Below are positions 38,077 to 49,808 of a DNA stretch of 64,000 nucleotides, piece by piece (positions within the stretch are counted from its first letter, which is position 1; every line of letters starts with the position of its first letter). Made by a program: the position numbers and the translations under genes. Origin of the DNA: Syntrophales bacterium (GTDB taxonomy: Bacteria > Desulfobacterota > Syntrophia > Syntrophales > PHBD01); contig OY764159.1 in NCBI GenBank assembly GCA_963668175.1, forward strand, positions 3,360,001 through 3,424,000. The letters run 5' to 3'. The notes under the pieces were generated by a model that saw nothing but the letters and a program-made list of their open reading frames with translations, did not search any database and was not told the origin of the DNA.

Positions 38077-38457
38077 ATGGAGATTGTCACGACAGACCCT
38101 ATCGATCAAGGGAAGATGTTCGATTTGATCGGGAAACGCCTGGTCGGATCGATCCTGTTCCATTATGCCGTTGTTAAAGGCGAAGCCGGCGATAGACCTT
38201 CGGCGGGTATCCTGTTTGAGAGGAACGGGAACATGGAGGCGGAGATGGCTGGGATCAGGCAGGATGTAATGAGCCGATGGAACGTGACCGATCTCCTGCT
38301 CGTTCGCAGAATCGGAAAATTAAGGGTGGGAGATATCATATCCCTGGTCGCCGCCAGTTCACCGGCGAGCAACGATGCCTTTGAGGCCTGCCGTTATGGT
38401 CTGGAGAGGATAAGAAAGATGGTCAGCCTCAAAAAGACTGAGATGTTTCTGGAATAA
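38077..38457 (+). CDS. MoaE-like molybdopterin synthase large subunit
   Basis: GS...H.AVVK, RRIGKLRVGDIISLVA, AFEAC, KKTE; GGAGG RBS. Confidence 0.75.
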   Translation: MEIVTTDPIDQGKMFDLIGKRLVGSILFHYAVVKGEAGDRPSAGILFERNGNMEAEMAGIRQDVMSRWNVTDLLLVRRIGKLRVGDIISLVAASSPASNDAFEACRYGLERIRKMVSLKKTEMFLE

Positions 38458-39070
38458 GGGAGTGGGCGGTTATAAAGGGCGAATCCGCGGCCTGGTCACG
38501 GTCAGCAGACAGCAGTTTTTCCCGCAACGTCTTTTTAGCCCGGACGAGGAGAGATTCGACGGCGGAGACGGAACAGCCCATGATTTTTGCGATCTCTTCG
38601 TAGGACAAGCCCTCAAACCTCTTCAAAACCACGGCGAGACGCTGGTTGGCCGGCAGGCTGCGGAGCGCAGCAGATAGCTGCCGGCTTTTTTCGGAAGCCA
38701 GCACGAGATCTTCCGGCGTGTTGAGCTTATCGGCGCAGGAATCGAACGAATCGTCTTCTGCAGAACAAACAAATTTCTGGCGGTGATGGGCCGATTTCAC
38801 AAGATCGAGGCAGAGATTGGCGGTGATGCGATAGGCCCAGGTGGTGAATTTCGCCTTGGGCTGATAGTTGGCGGCGGCCTGCCATATCCGGACAAATACC
38901 TCCTGGGCGAGGTCTTCCGCTTGGACATGGTCTCCGGTAAGGCGGAAGATCAGATTCAGAATGCGCTTACGATGGCGGCGTACGAGAACTTCAAAAGCAT
39001 GGGTGTCGCCTCGGGCGACTTCACCCATGAGTTCCTCATCAGGAAGTAATCTATCGTTGCCGTCCTTCAA
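38429..39070 (-). CDS. ECF RNA polymerase sigma factor
   Basis: AEDLAQEVF, FTTWAYRI..N, LSYEEIA. Confidence 0.92.
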   Translation of the reverse strand: MKDGNDRLLPDEELMGEVARGDTHAFEVLVRRHRKRILNLIFRLTGDHVQAEDLAQEVFVRIWQAAANYQPKAKFTTWAYRITANLCLDLVKSAHHRQKFVCSAEDDSFDSCADKLNTPEDLVLASEKSRQLSAALRSLPANQRLAVVLKRFEGLSYEEIAKIMGCSVSAVESLLVRAKKTLREKLLSADRDQAADSPFITAHSLIPETSQSF

Positions 39071-39102
39071 AATTCCAATCCCATAAAGTTGCTATTCCCG
39101 CG

Positions 39103-39582
39103 TCAGCTTCCGGTTCTGTTTTCGTTCTGCAGCTCTTTTCCCCAGCGGCAACCCGGGTTGTATTGACGCTTTCGTATGGCCGACTTAACTACGATTTGCT
39201 GTTCAGGGGTCAGAATCCCGAATACAGCGAGGTGGTATTCGTTCAGCCTGTCCCGTAACCGGTCCCGTGCCGCCAGGATTTCACCATAAGCCGTTTCAAT
39301 TGTGTAACGGTCCGGCGACTTCTTAAGCCAAAGAGCCCTCAGTGCCAGACGCCTCGCCCGAATGTCATCCTGAAGAGGTTTGATATTCTTGAAATGGCTT
39401 TCCTTAAGCAGCCTGATTTCGTCAATCTGGGCTGCCGTAAGCTGGAGATCCGTTATTCTCGAAATGTCGCTTTCGCTGCTTCGACTGCGGCGGATATATC
39501 TATCCTGATCGGCAGCATAAGTCAAAGTGGCTAACGCGATCACCAAGATAACAGTGGCAGTCTGTACACTTGTCTTTCTCAT
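39103..39582 (-). CDS. Spy/CpxP family periplasmic protein
   Basis: Signal peptide, LQLTAAQ, ILTPEQ. Confidence 0.8.
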   Translation of the reverse strand: MRKTSVQTATVILVIALATLTYAADQDRYIRRSRSSESDISRITDLQLTAAQIDEIRLLKESHFKNIKPLQDDIRARRLALRALWLKKSPDRYTIETAYGEILAARDRLRDRLNEYHLAVFGILTPEQQIVVKSAIRKRQYNPGCRWGKELQNENRTGS

Positions 39583-39742
39583 CCTTTTTGTCCGGGATAC
39601 CAGAGAATATCACAGCAAGGTCCGTACCAGCGCCCGGTGATTACTTAACTTATTTGATTCACGGCCAAATCAGAAATTGCAGAACCTGAATCAATTGACG
39701 CATCTGAGAATTAAATATCCTTTACCGGTATCCAACTGGGTA

Positions 39743-40594
39743 TTAAGTATCCAGGACCAACCCTTCCAGAGTCTTCAGGACATGAACGGCGCAACAGGTA
39801 TTCTCCAGGGTGGAGATGCCGCCGTTAATTGCCCTGGCAAACCCGCCATTTCTGTTCTGACAGGCCATGATGAAATCGACGCAGGCTTCAAGGTATCTCG
39901 GGCGGTATCCGGCGATTTGCGACGCCGTCAGGCCGGCATCCAGAGATTCGAGACAGGATAGAGACGAACCGGGAATATCCGTAAAGCCGAACGCGGCGTC
40001 CTCACACCGGCGACTGAACGTTTCCGCCGCAAGGGATTCCACCGGATAGGCCAGACCTCCGAGCATGCGCAGGGCAAAGGCGGTGTCGGTCAACGTCGAG
40101 CGAGGATGGCCGAACCCGCCGTCACCGTTTCTGTATGCGAGGATCAGCCTGTTCAATCGCTCCCGTTGGCCTTCTTCCACTTCCGATTCGCGATAAAGGA
40201 GAAGGTTGACCAGGCACGCCGCCCGCTGAAACAGCGACGCGACCCCGGCGGGAAACCGGTCCGCATTGAGGCGATAACCGGCGGCGCTTTGGTCGATAAA
40301 GGGACCGGGATCGGCGTCGGGTTTGTGACCGAGGAGCCGCAGGCCGCCGATGGCATAGAATGCCGCATAGATGCCGTCATACGAACCGTCGGCGTTTTGC
40401 AGTCTCTTCAGAAACGCCGCGGTCTTTGCGTCCTGAAAGCCGACGTCAAGGAGATGAAGAACGGTCAGGGCATGGTATGTATCCGCACCGTTCGGCTCGT
40501 CCAGCCGGTAAAAGCAGAACCCGCCGCTTCCGCATTGCCGCGCCATGACGTAATCGACGATCCGGGACTTCAGCTGATGAATGATGTCATTCAA
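39743..40594 (-). CDS. Prenyltransferase/squalene-oxidase-repeat protein (COG1689-like)
   Basis: Repeats Q..SGGF, QNADGSY, NGDGGFG, QNRNGGF; TTG start after GAGGAG. Confidence 0.8.
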   Translation of the reverse strand: MNDIIHQLKSRIVDYVMARQCGSGGFCFYRLDEPNGADTYHALTVLHLLDVGFQDAKTAAFLKRLQNADGSYDGIYAAFYAIGGLRLLGHKPDADPGPFIDQSAAGYRLNADRFPAGVASLFQRAACLVNLLLYRESEVEEGQRERLNRLILAYRNGDGGFGHPRSTLTDTAFALRMLGGLAYPVESLAAETFSRRCEDAAFGFTDIPGSSLSCLESLDAGLTASQIAGYRPRYLEACVDFIMACQNRNGGFARAINGGISTLENTCCAVHVLKTLEGLVLDT

Positions 40595-40610
40595 CAGCCC
40601 TCTCCTCTCA

Positions 40611-41030
40611 CTATTTAACGACAAGAACCGAACAGGGCGCCAGACGGACCAGGCTCTGGCAGGTGCTCCCCATGACGCGGTCATAGAGCGCCGAACGCCC
40701 CATGAACCCGATCACGAGCAAATCGAATCCGTATTTCTTCACGAACTCCACGATGGTCTTCACCTCATGGCCGACGATGATATGGACTTTAACTTCGACG
40801 CCTTCGCGGGCTGCCATCTCCCGTGCCTGTCTTCCCGTTTCGCGAAACCGATTGTCGGCCTCCGCCGTTTCTTCAATGACCTCGCCGATGGTTCCGGCAT
40901 ACGGGGGAACCTCCTCCACGGAGATAACGTGCAGCTCCGCGCCACACAGCTTCGCGAGGCCGATGGCTTCGTCAAGCGCCTTGAATGCCCCTTCTGATCC
41001 GTCCATACCGTGCAATATCTTCTTATGCAT
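40611..41030 (-). CDS. Universal stress protein
   Basis: KKIL...DGS, DLLVIG, GST, APCSVLVVK. Confidence 0.93.
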   Translation of the reverse strand: MHKKILHGMDGSEGAFKALDEAIGLAKLCGAELHVISVEEVPPYAGTIGEVIEETAEADNRFRETGRQAREMAAREGVEVKVHIIVGHEVKTIVEFVKKYGFDLLVIGFMGRSALYDRVMGSTCQSLVRLAPCSVLVVK

Positions 41031-42168
41031 GACCGTTATCCTCCATGTTGTTCGTCTCCGGGTGATACCATCGCTGGGCGATCATGGTCGGAACGACGGC
41101 GCTGCCTATCACCGCCGCAACCAGTATCGTATACTGATCTTGATCAATGATGTGATTCGTGAGGCCGAAGAGCGCGGCAATCGTACCGAAAGTGAGTCCG
41201 GTGCACATCATAAGCGTCGTGTACATCCCCTCTTTTTTTCCGAAACGGAACAGCCTGGTAAGCGGCCAGATGCCCACAAACTTGGTGATCACCTTGACCC
41301 CCAGGAGGAGCATGATCAGACCGAACGCCGTGGTCATGGCGCCCAGTTTGACCAGCGAGCCGGCCTTCAGAAAATAGAACGGCGTCAGGAAGACAAACGC
41401 TCCCGCCCGCATACGCTGGGCGTGAACCCGCTCAGCAAGGAAAAAAGGCGCCATGACCATACCGATCAGATAAGCGGGAAGAACAGCCTCACATTTCGCC
41501 ATATCCCCCAGTCCTCCCAAAAGAAATAGAATGAGAAACACGGCCTTGATCTTCGGTTCGCTGATGCGGTCTCCCACCTTGCGGAAGAAAAACGGTAGAT
41601 ATCGCGGCAGGAGCCACATCGTCACAGCAGTTGCCACTGCAAAAGCGATCAGCCACAGGTTGTAATTGGCAAAGAGGACGCCCAGAACCAGTACTGTGCC
41701 CAGATCGTTGATGAAGCAGGCGGCCAATAATATTTTTCCCAGCTCGGTGCGATTAAGCCCGCTCTCTACCATCACGGCATAAACGACGGCCACCGATGTT
41801 GTAGAAAGGGCAAGTCCGGCAATCTGCGCCTGCGGCCAGGACCAGCCGGAGACATAGTGGGTGAATAAAAGCACCCCGCAGAAGGGAACGACGAAACCGG
41901 CGATGCCGATACCGGCGCTCGACCAGAAATTCTTCCGGATGACTTCGTGATCCACCTCGGCGCCGGCGAGAAACGTAAGCAGGATGGCGCCGACGCCGGC
42001 CAGATAATTCACCCATCCGTTTGGTGTTAGACCAAAGAAATTGCCGCCAATAAACCCGATGAATATTTCGACCAACGCCACCGAAATGGCAACCCTTATG
42101 GAGATAAGGGACGACAATAGGGCAAAACCCATCCAGATCGCGGATGTAAACCAGACATTTTCCACCAT
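41023..42168 (-). CDS. Cation:proton antiporter (Na+/H+ exchanger family)
   Basis: About 12 TM segments, STTSVAVV, FINDLG; start reset to ATG 42168 after AAGGAG. Confidence 0.9.
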   Translation of the reverse strand: MVENVWFTSAIWMGFALLSSLISIRVAISVALVEIFIGFIGGNFFGLTPNGWVNYLAGVGAILLTFLAGAEVDHEVIRKNFWSSAGIGIAGFVVPFCGVLLFTHYVSGWSWPQAQIAGLALSTTSVAVVYAVMVESGLNRTELGKILLAACFINDLGTVLVLGVLFANYNLWLIAFAVATAVTMWLLPRYLPFFFRKVGDRISEPKIKAVFLILFLLGGLGDMAKCEAVLPAYLIGMVMAPFFLAERVHAQRMRAGAFVFLTPFYFLKAGSLVKLGAMTTAFGLIMLLLGVKVITKFVGIWPLTRLFRFGKKEGMYTTLMMCTGLTFGTIAALFGLTNHIIDQDQYTILVAAVIGSAVVPTMIAQRWYHPETNNMEDNGHA

Positions 42169-42234
42169 AACAACGACTCTCCTTGTGTGATGAACTCCCG
42201 CGCCGTCAATCTGAAACATGACGTCGCGATATAC

Positions 42235-42280
42235 GAAGGAGTCATCAGCTCAAGGAGCAGTTAAGGTGGACCCCATCACC
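42235..42280 (-). promoter_or_regulatory. Fluoride riboswitch (crcB motif), downstream aptamer of a tandem pair
   Basis: GGTGATGGGGTCCACC-TTAACT-GCTC-ctt-GAGC-TGATGACTCCT. Confidence 0.88.
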
Positions 42281-42284
42281 GGTT

Positions 42285-42329
42285 CAGGCGTCATCAGTCC
42301 CAGGGACATTGCTGGCGGACGCCATCGCC
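42285..42329 (-). promoter_or_regulatory. Fluoride riboswitch (crcB motif), upstream aptamer of a tandem pair
   Basis: GGCGATGGCGTCCGCC-AGCAAT-GTCC-ctg-GGAC-TGATGACGCCT; GGCGTC/GACGCC pseudoknot. Confidence 0.85.
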
Positions 42330-42340
42330 GATCCGAAGCT

Positions 42341-43624
42341 TTACGATCCTTTCTGGAAAGGATTCTCGAAGATGGCCGATTTGCCCAACTCCGCCTCGAT
42401 CTCCAGCAGGCGGTTGTACTTGGCGATACGCTCGCTCCGGCAGCCGGAGCCGGTCTTGATCTGCCCCCCGCCCATGGCGACGGCAAAATCGGCGAGGAAG
42501 GTGTCCTCCGTCTCCCCGGAGCGGTGCGAGACGACGAATCCCCAGCCCGCCTTGCGGCAGAGATTGATCGCCGCCATCGTCTCCGTCACGGTGCCGATCT
42601 GGTTGAGCTTGATCAGCACGGCATTGGCCGCCTTCTCCCGGACGCCCTTCTCGATGTATCGCGCATTCGTCACAAAGAGATCGTCGCCGACGACCTGGAT
42701 TTTGTCGCCCGTTTGGGCCGTCAGTTTCTTAAAGCCTTTCCAGTCGTTTTCCGCGTGGCCGTCTTCGATGGATACGATGGGATACTTTTTGATCCAGCCC
42801 TGGTAGAAGGCGACCATCTCGTCGCTCGTCTTCTTTCCCTGGCCTGACTTGGCGAGATGGTATGCGCCTTTTTGATAAAAGGAGCTGGCTGCCGGGTCCA
42901 GGGCGATGGCGATGTCGCGGCCGGGCTTGTACCCTGCCTTCTCGATGGCCTGGATGATCAGCTCGCACGCCTCGTCGTTGCTCTTCAAGTTGGGCGCAAA
43001 TCCCCCTTCGTCGCCCACGGCGGTGGCGTATCCCTTGCCGCCCAGGATTTTCTTGAGGGCGTGGAAAGTCTCGACGCCGTACCGGAGCGCCTCGGCAAAG
43101 GAAAGGGCGCCTATGGGCATCACCATGAATTCCTGGAAATCGACGCTGTTGTCGGCATGCATCCCGCCGTTCAAGATGTTCATCATGGGGACGGGAAGGC
43201 GCAGGGCGCCGAATCCGCCCAGGTAGGCGTAGAGGGGGATATCTGCCGCGTGGGCGGCCGCCCGGGCGACGGCCATCGAGACGCTGATGATGGCGTTGGC
43301 GCCGAGTTTGCTCTTGTTCGGCGTCTTGTCCAGGAGGATCATCAGGCGGTCGATTTCGGCCTGATGCGTCGGGTCCATGTCGATGAGGACCGGTGCGATG
43401 ACTTCGTTGACATGGGCGACGGCTTTGAGGACGCCCTTTCCGCCGTAACGGGTCCGGCCGCCGTCGCGCAGTTCCATCGCTTCGTTCTCTCCCGTCGAAG
43501 CGCCGGACGGGCAGGACGCAGACGCCCTGATGCCGTTGTCGAGGACGACCGTGGCCTTGACGGTGGGATTACCCCTTGAGTCCAGGATTTCCATGGCCTG
43601 GATGGCTTTGATTTTTCGGATCAT
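42341..43624 (-). CDS. eno: Enolase (island-borne copy)
   Basis: [35 protein letters not shown]. Confidence 0.97.
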   Translation of the reverse strand: MIRKIKAIQAMEILDSRGNPTVKATVVLDNGIRASASCPSGASTGENEAMELRDGGRTRYGGKGVLKAVAHVNEVIAPVLIDMDPTHQAEIDRLMILLDKTPNKSKLGANAIISVSMAVARAAAHAADIPLYAYLGGFGALRLPVPMMNILNGGMHADNSVDFQEFMVMPIGALSFAEALRYGVETFHALKKILGGKGYATAVGDEGGFAPNLKSNDEACELIIQAIEKAGYKPGRDIAIALDPAASSFYQKGAYHLAKSGQGKKTSDEMVAFYQGWIKKYPIVSIEDGHAENDWKGFKKLTAQTGDKIQVVGDDLFVTNARYIEKGVREKAANAVLIKLNQIGTVTETMAAINLCRKAGWGFVVSHRSGETEDTFLADFAVAMGGGQIKTGSGCRSERIAKYNRLLEIEAELGKSAIFENPFQKGS

Positions 43625-45309
43625 GAGTCACTCCTTTCCTGATGGCTTGGCAGCTTGGCCAATTGATTTTCGAGATCGGCGATAACCTTTCTTATCTCTT
43701 CCGTCCGGCCGTGGGCGCCGGCGATAAGCGCCTCCATGGTCGCGAACTCTTCCTCCACGTAAAGGACGGCCTGCCGGCGCATGGCGTCGATGGCCCTGTT
43801 GATCCGGGTTTCCCACTGGGAGGCGACGCGCGACAGGTTGACCTCCACCTCCCAGGGGATCTTTTTTACGAAGCTCCTTTCAAAGGCGCCCCGGAAGATA
43901 AACATGGGGATCAGAAACCAGACGAGGTCGAGATGATAGCCGAAGGCCCTGGGAAAGCTCGTGTCCGGATGGTCGGGTTCCGCGACGTCGATCCGCCATT
44001 CCACTTCGCCGAGGCCGACCCCCAGCACCTTACGGAGGTTGTCGTCCAGAAGCCTGCGGAAGAACTCGAGCGAGCGGATCAGGCTGGCGTGCGCCTTCTT
44101 GAGGGTGCCATAGAAGTGCCTGTGCTCCGCCGCGGAGATCTTCCTCATCTCCTCGTCCATGGCCTCCGATACCCATGCCTCGTACCTGCGTGTCAGCGTC
44201 CAGAGGTTGCCCCGCCACGACGGCATCTCCGTGCGTAGGGCATCCGTTATTTTCCTGCACAGGGGTGCCTCGAAGGGCGTCAGGTAATTCGCAATCAGAG
44301 TCCGCGTCTGGCCCTGGATATCCCGCGTGACGATCGACATCTCCTCCCGGACGATACCGGCGTTGACTCGTTCGTCCAGGATCATTTTCTTAAGCGCGTT
44401 GCGGTCCCGGTCGGCCGCAAGGGAGGCCTGCAGGGCGACTTGCAGGTAGGCCAGGCATTCCCGAACCAGGGAGCGCCCCTTGTGCCGGGCGATGTGGCCG
44501 AATTCGGAGGCCCTGTTGGCCACGAGTTTCCGGAACAGCTCCGCCTCCAGGATTTCTCTCCAGGATTCCGCAGCCGTCCGCGTGGAATAGAGATAGATGG
44601 GAAATTCCCTGTTCAGCTCCCGCGCCAGGGTCTTTCGGAAGAACGCCACCACCTCGTCCTGTTGGTCCGGCGTCAGCAGGTCGGCCTTGGTGAGCAGAAG
44701 GACAATCCTGGGCGTATGGGCCGTAAGCTCCCTGATGAGCGAAAGGTCGTGTTCGGAAAGGGGGCGGTCGGCGCTGATGGCGAGGATGGCGGCGCCGACT
44801 TCCGGCAGCCAGTTTTCCGACGTCGCCTTGTGGTACTGGAAGACGCTGCCCAGCCCCGGCGTATCGACGATGCGGAGCCCTTCGAAGGCTGCAAGGGTTG
44901 GAAGCGTGCAGTCGATGACCTCCACGTTTTTCTCATTGGCCGGGTTTTTCGCTTCGGACGTGTAGTCGGCAAGGGCGTCCAGCGGTATCGACGTCTTTTT
45001 CCCGTCAAAATGCGTGACGACCGCCTGTTCCGTTTCCCCGTACTGTAATCTCGTAATGGCCGTGGTGACGGGGATAACGCCCACGGGCAGGATGGGCCTT
45101 CCGATCAGGCTGTTGATGAACGAGCTCTTGCCTGCCTTGAACTGCCCGAGGACGGCCACGTCGATTGGCGCGTCTTCGGCAAGGAGGCTGCGGTAGGCGG
45201 CCAGGGAACGCTTGAGGGAGGCGATCTGAAAATCGTCCGCGGCGGACGCGACGGTCGCGTGTATCTCCTTGAGGAGGGACAGGGATGGATTGTCGGCTGC
45301 GTAAGCCAT
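43621..45309 (-). CDS. Bacterial dynamin-like GTPase
   Basis: GQFKAGKSS (G1), PVT, DTPG (G3), TKAD (G4), helical C-terminus. Confidence 0.88.
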   Translation of the reverse strand: MAYAADNPSLSLLKEIHATVASAADDFQIASLKRSLAAYRSLLAEDAPIDVAVLGQFKAGKSSFINSLIGRPILPVGVIPVTTAITRLQYGETEQAVVTHFDGKKTSIPLDALADYTSEAKNPANEKNVEVIDCTLPTLAAFEGLRIVDTPGLGSVFQYHKATSENWLPEVGAAILAISADRPLSEHDLSLIRELTAHTPRIVLLLTKADLLTPDQQDEVVAFFRKTLARELNREFPIYLYSTRTAAESWREILEAELFRKLVANRASEFGHIARHKGRSLVRECLAYLQVALQASLAADRDRNALKKMILDERVNAGIVREEMSIVTRDIQGQTRTLIANYLTPFEAPLCRKITDALRTEMPSWRGNLWTLTRRYEAWVSEAMDEEMRKISAAEHRHFYGTLKKAHASLIRSLEFFRRLLDDNLRKVLGVGLGEVEWRIDVAEPDHPDTSFPRAFGYHLDLVWFLIPMFIFRGAFERSFVKKIPWEVEVNLSRVASQWETRINRAIDAMRRQAVLYVEEEFATMEALIAGAHGRTEEIRKVIADLENQLAKLPSHQERSDS

Positions 45310-45337
45310 AAAAAAAACTCCTTCAGATCGTCTCTGT

Positions 45338-45412
45338 CAGGAGTTATCATCCCTTGATGTAGGCCTTAATGCAGGCCTTGCTGCGGGCGGTTATTAGGTG
45401 AACTCCATCACC
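45338..45412 (-). promoter_or_regulatory. Fluoride riboswitch (crcB motif)
   Basis: GGTGATGGAGTTCACC-TAATAACCG...GATGATAACTCCT; GGAGTT/AACTCC pseudoknot. Confidence 0.88.
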
Positions 45413-45419
45413 TTGTTTT

Positions 45420-45448
45420 TTTATATTTATCTTAATCCTTTTTGTCAA
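45420..45448 (-). promoter_or_regulatory. Sigma70-like promoter of the fluoride operon
   Basis: TTGACA-N17-TATAAA ending 7 nt before the aptamer. Confidence 0.75.
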
Positions 45449-46188
45449 TTCATATTATTTTGTGCGAACTTTCTTTAAGTTATCATTAACCTAATTCATA
45501 CATAAAAATCGCCAACTCGCAGGTGCTGTAAATGCTCGCAAAGTTTTTTCAGCGAGAGCTTCTGTTGATTTACTTAAATAATCAACGGCGTAAATGATTA
45601 TAATGCCCGGAGACAAATGGCATCCTGCCTGAACGAATATGGGTTTATCCTTATACATGTCTTACTTCGATCTAAGCAAACCAATGTAAGTATCCTGATT
45701 TAGGCGGGAAGGCCGGACAGAAAATCGGTCAACGAATCTCGTTTCGGACCATCGAGCCAGGTTCAGGGATAAAACCTGTAACGAGTTGCAGGTTCCGGCG
45801 GAGGCAGTGGCCAGCGTCTCCTTCCCTCCCCTCTCCCCTCCCTCACTACGGCGCCGGCTAGCACGGCTGTAAGGCGCCCCTGGGGCGTGCTTCACCTCCA
45901 CCGAAATGAATTGTCCCCCAGAAAGTTCAAACTTTGAACAATTCACTGAAGAGAAGCTGAAGAGTGCGCAGCGATTCGAGAACCGAGGTGCAGGGGCTCG
46001 CCCCGGAACTGTCCCCACATTCATCTTGGAATATCTACGAAGCCGAGGGTGCAGAAGTTTTTCATTCCGACAAGCCGAAGGAAGGCAAGAAGAGACTTTC
46101 CCACTCAAGACAGGCATGGGAGAAGAACGCTTTCCTGCTCACCACAAACCCCAATCTATATTTCTCATAACCATTCACGATGATTTTC

Positions 46189-46815
46189 TCAGTCAGTCGT
46201 TTTAATTTTTCGCAACCATGCGGAAACATCGCTTTGTGCGTTTTTAGCGTCCCTTCCCCAGACTGCAAGTCCGTCCTGAATCGTTGATTTCGGGCAGAGT
46301 TTTCTAATATCCGCAACGCTTCCGCTCAGGCCACTGCCACCATGTGTACAAAATGGTACGATGATTTTTCCCGAGAAATCGTATTCCGACAGAAAGGTTC
46401 TTATCGGAGTAGGAAGCCTGCCCCACCAAATGGGGTAACCTATGAAGACTACATCATACGTCTTCATGTTCCTTATTTTTGTTTTCAATGCCGGTTTGTA
46501 ACCTGATACCTGTTCCTGCATCGCTACTTTCTTTACCTCTTCATAATCCTCCGGATATGGCTCTACGACCTGAATTTCAACCATATCACCGCCTACGCCT
46601 CTGTGAATTTGATTGGCAATTTCACGCGTATTGCCGGTGCGAGAAAAATAAGCCACCAGAATCTTCTTGGTTCCTGGCGATTGTTGAGCTTCCGCTTCGT
46701 TTATCTTTCCCATATTCACAAGCCCGGGGCCTTCTGCGACAGAATCCATGTGAATCCGGACGCCCATAAATACGAGGATCGCAACGATTGGCAGAACATA
46801 ATATATCTTTTTCAT
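46189..46815 (-). CDS. Flavodoxin with N-terminal membrane/signal segment
   Basis: AYFSRTGNT, GYPIWWG, FCTHGGSG. Confidence 0.9.
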   Translation of the reverse strand: MKKIYYVLPIVAILVFMGVRIHMDSVAEGPGLVNMGKINEAEAQQSPGTKKILVAYFSRTGNTREIANQIHRGVGGDMVEIQVVEPYPEDYEEVKKVAMQEQVSGYKPALKTKIRNMKTYDVVFIGYPIWWGRLPTPIRTFLSEYDFSGKIIVPFCTHGGSGLSGSVADIRKLCPKSTIQDGLAVWGRDAKNAQSDVSAWLRKIKTTD

Positions 46816-46836
46816 GACTCACCTCATTTCTTACTG

Positions 46837-47373
46837 TTAATTTGAATGCCGCTCAGGCTCCTTACCTCTCCTGCCAACGAGTACGTGATAAACGACGCTG
46901 TCCCAGGCATTGCGAATACCGATGAAGAGTAGCATAAGCGCAGCAGCCCCAACGCCAAATAAGGCCTCACGGGCGTAGCAAGGAGCCGCCAATGCAGACA
47001 GTACGATTATTATGTATGTAGCAAGAGGCAGCACTGCATAAAACAACCAGTCCTCAAACTCGGGCCTGTAAAAAGTCTGTGTTCGCATGTGCCGAGTTAC
47101 AATTACGGAATAAATTATTCCGCTTAGACCGATAAATCCCCAAAAAGTTGCGGTAATGCCGATCGTTTGCCATGGAGCACACAGAAGTGCAGACAAAAGC
47201 AAAGCAGCGCCAAAATGAACGATCGTGGGCGTAGCGAATGCAGCACTGGCAGCAGCTGTCGGGGGCCTGTCGACAATGAGCGTCATGACGACGAACTGCA
47301 ATCCTATCAATGCTCCCGCAGCCGGTCCGACGATCACATAGAAGCTGTTCCATTCAGCGAGCAGTTCTGCCAT
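46837..47373 (-). CDS. Conserved membrane protein
   Basis: W.SFY..VG.AAGALIGL.FV, IGIRNAWD; about 5 TM segments. Confidence 0.8.
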   Translation of the reverse strand: MAELLAEWNSFYVIVGPAAGALIGLQFVVMTLIVDRPPTAAASAAFATPTIVHFGAALLLSALLCAPWQTIGITATFWGFIGLSGIIYSVIVTRHMRTQTFYRPEFEDWLFYAVLPLATYIIIVLSALAAPCYAREALFGVGAAALMLLFIGIRNAWDSVVYHVLVGRRGKEPERHSN

Positions 47374-47394
47374 ATTTTCACCTCTATCCGGCTT

Positions 47395-49529
<2,135 letters not shown>

Positions 49530-49541
49530 AGAACTATCTCC

Positions 49542-49736
49542 TTAATGCAATGCGTCGCCGAAGAATTCTTTCAGCTTCGCGACCACCGCAATGGTGACGA
49601 TACTCTTCTTTTTAGCGTTCAGTTCTGCGTTTTTCATGGTCTGTGCCTCCGAAATGGCTGCGATGCCAAACGCCGGGAGATGCCTGCCAGACTGACAGCG
49701 AGTGTCTTTTTCAAGATATGACCCTTTGATCTGCAA
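49542..49736 (-). pseudogene. Fragment resembling the N-terminus of the CMD/cupin protein at 54371..55525
   Basis: ISEAQTMKNAELNAKKKSIVTIA versus ISEARTMKNNGLNIKQEKIVTIA. Confidence 0.55.
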
Positions 49737-49808
49737 TTCTACTTGATCTTAAAACTCATGGCCCGCGGGGCACGTATAGTCGCGCACCGGTCGCCGGTTT
49801 CCGATAAA

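Noticed and set aside
45893..45903. CCTCCACC as attR copy of the ssrA 3' end
   Set aside because: Only about 8 bp match with no T-arm sequence; compatible with chance
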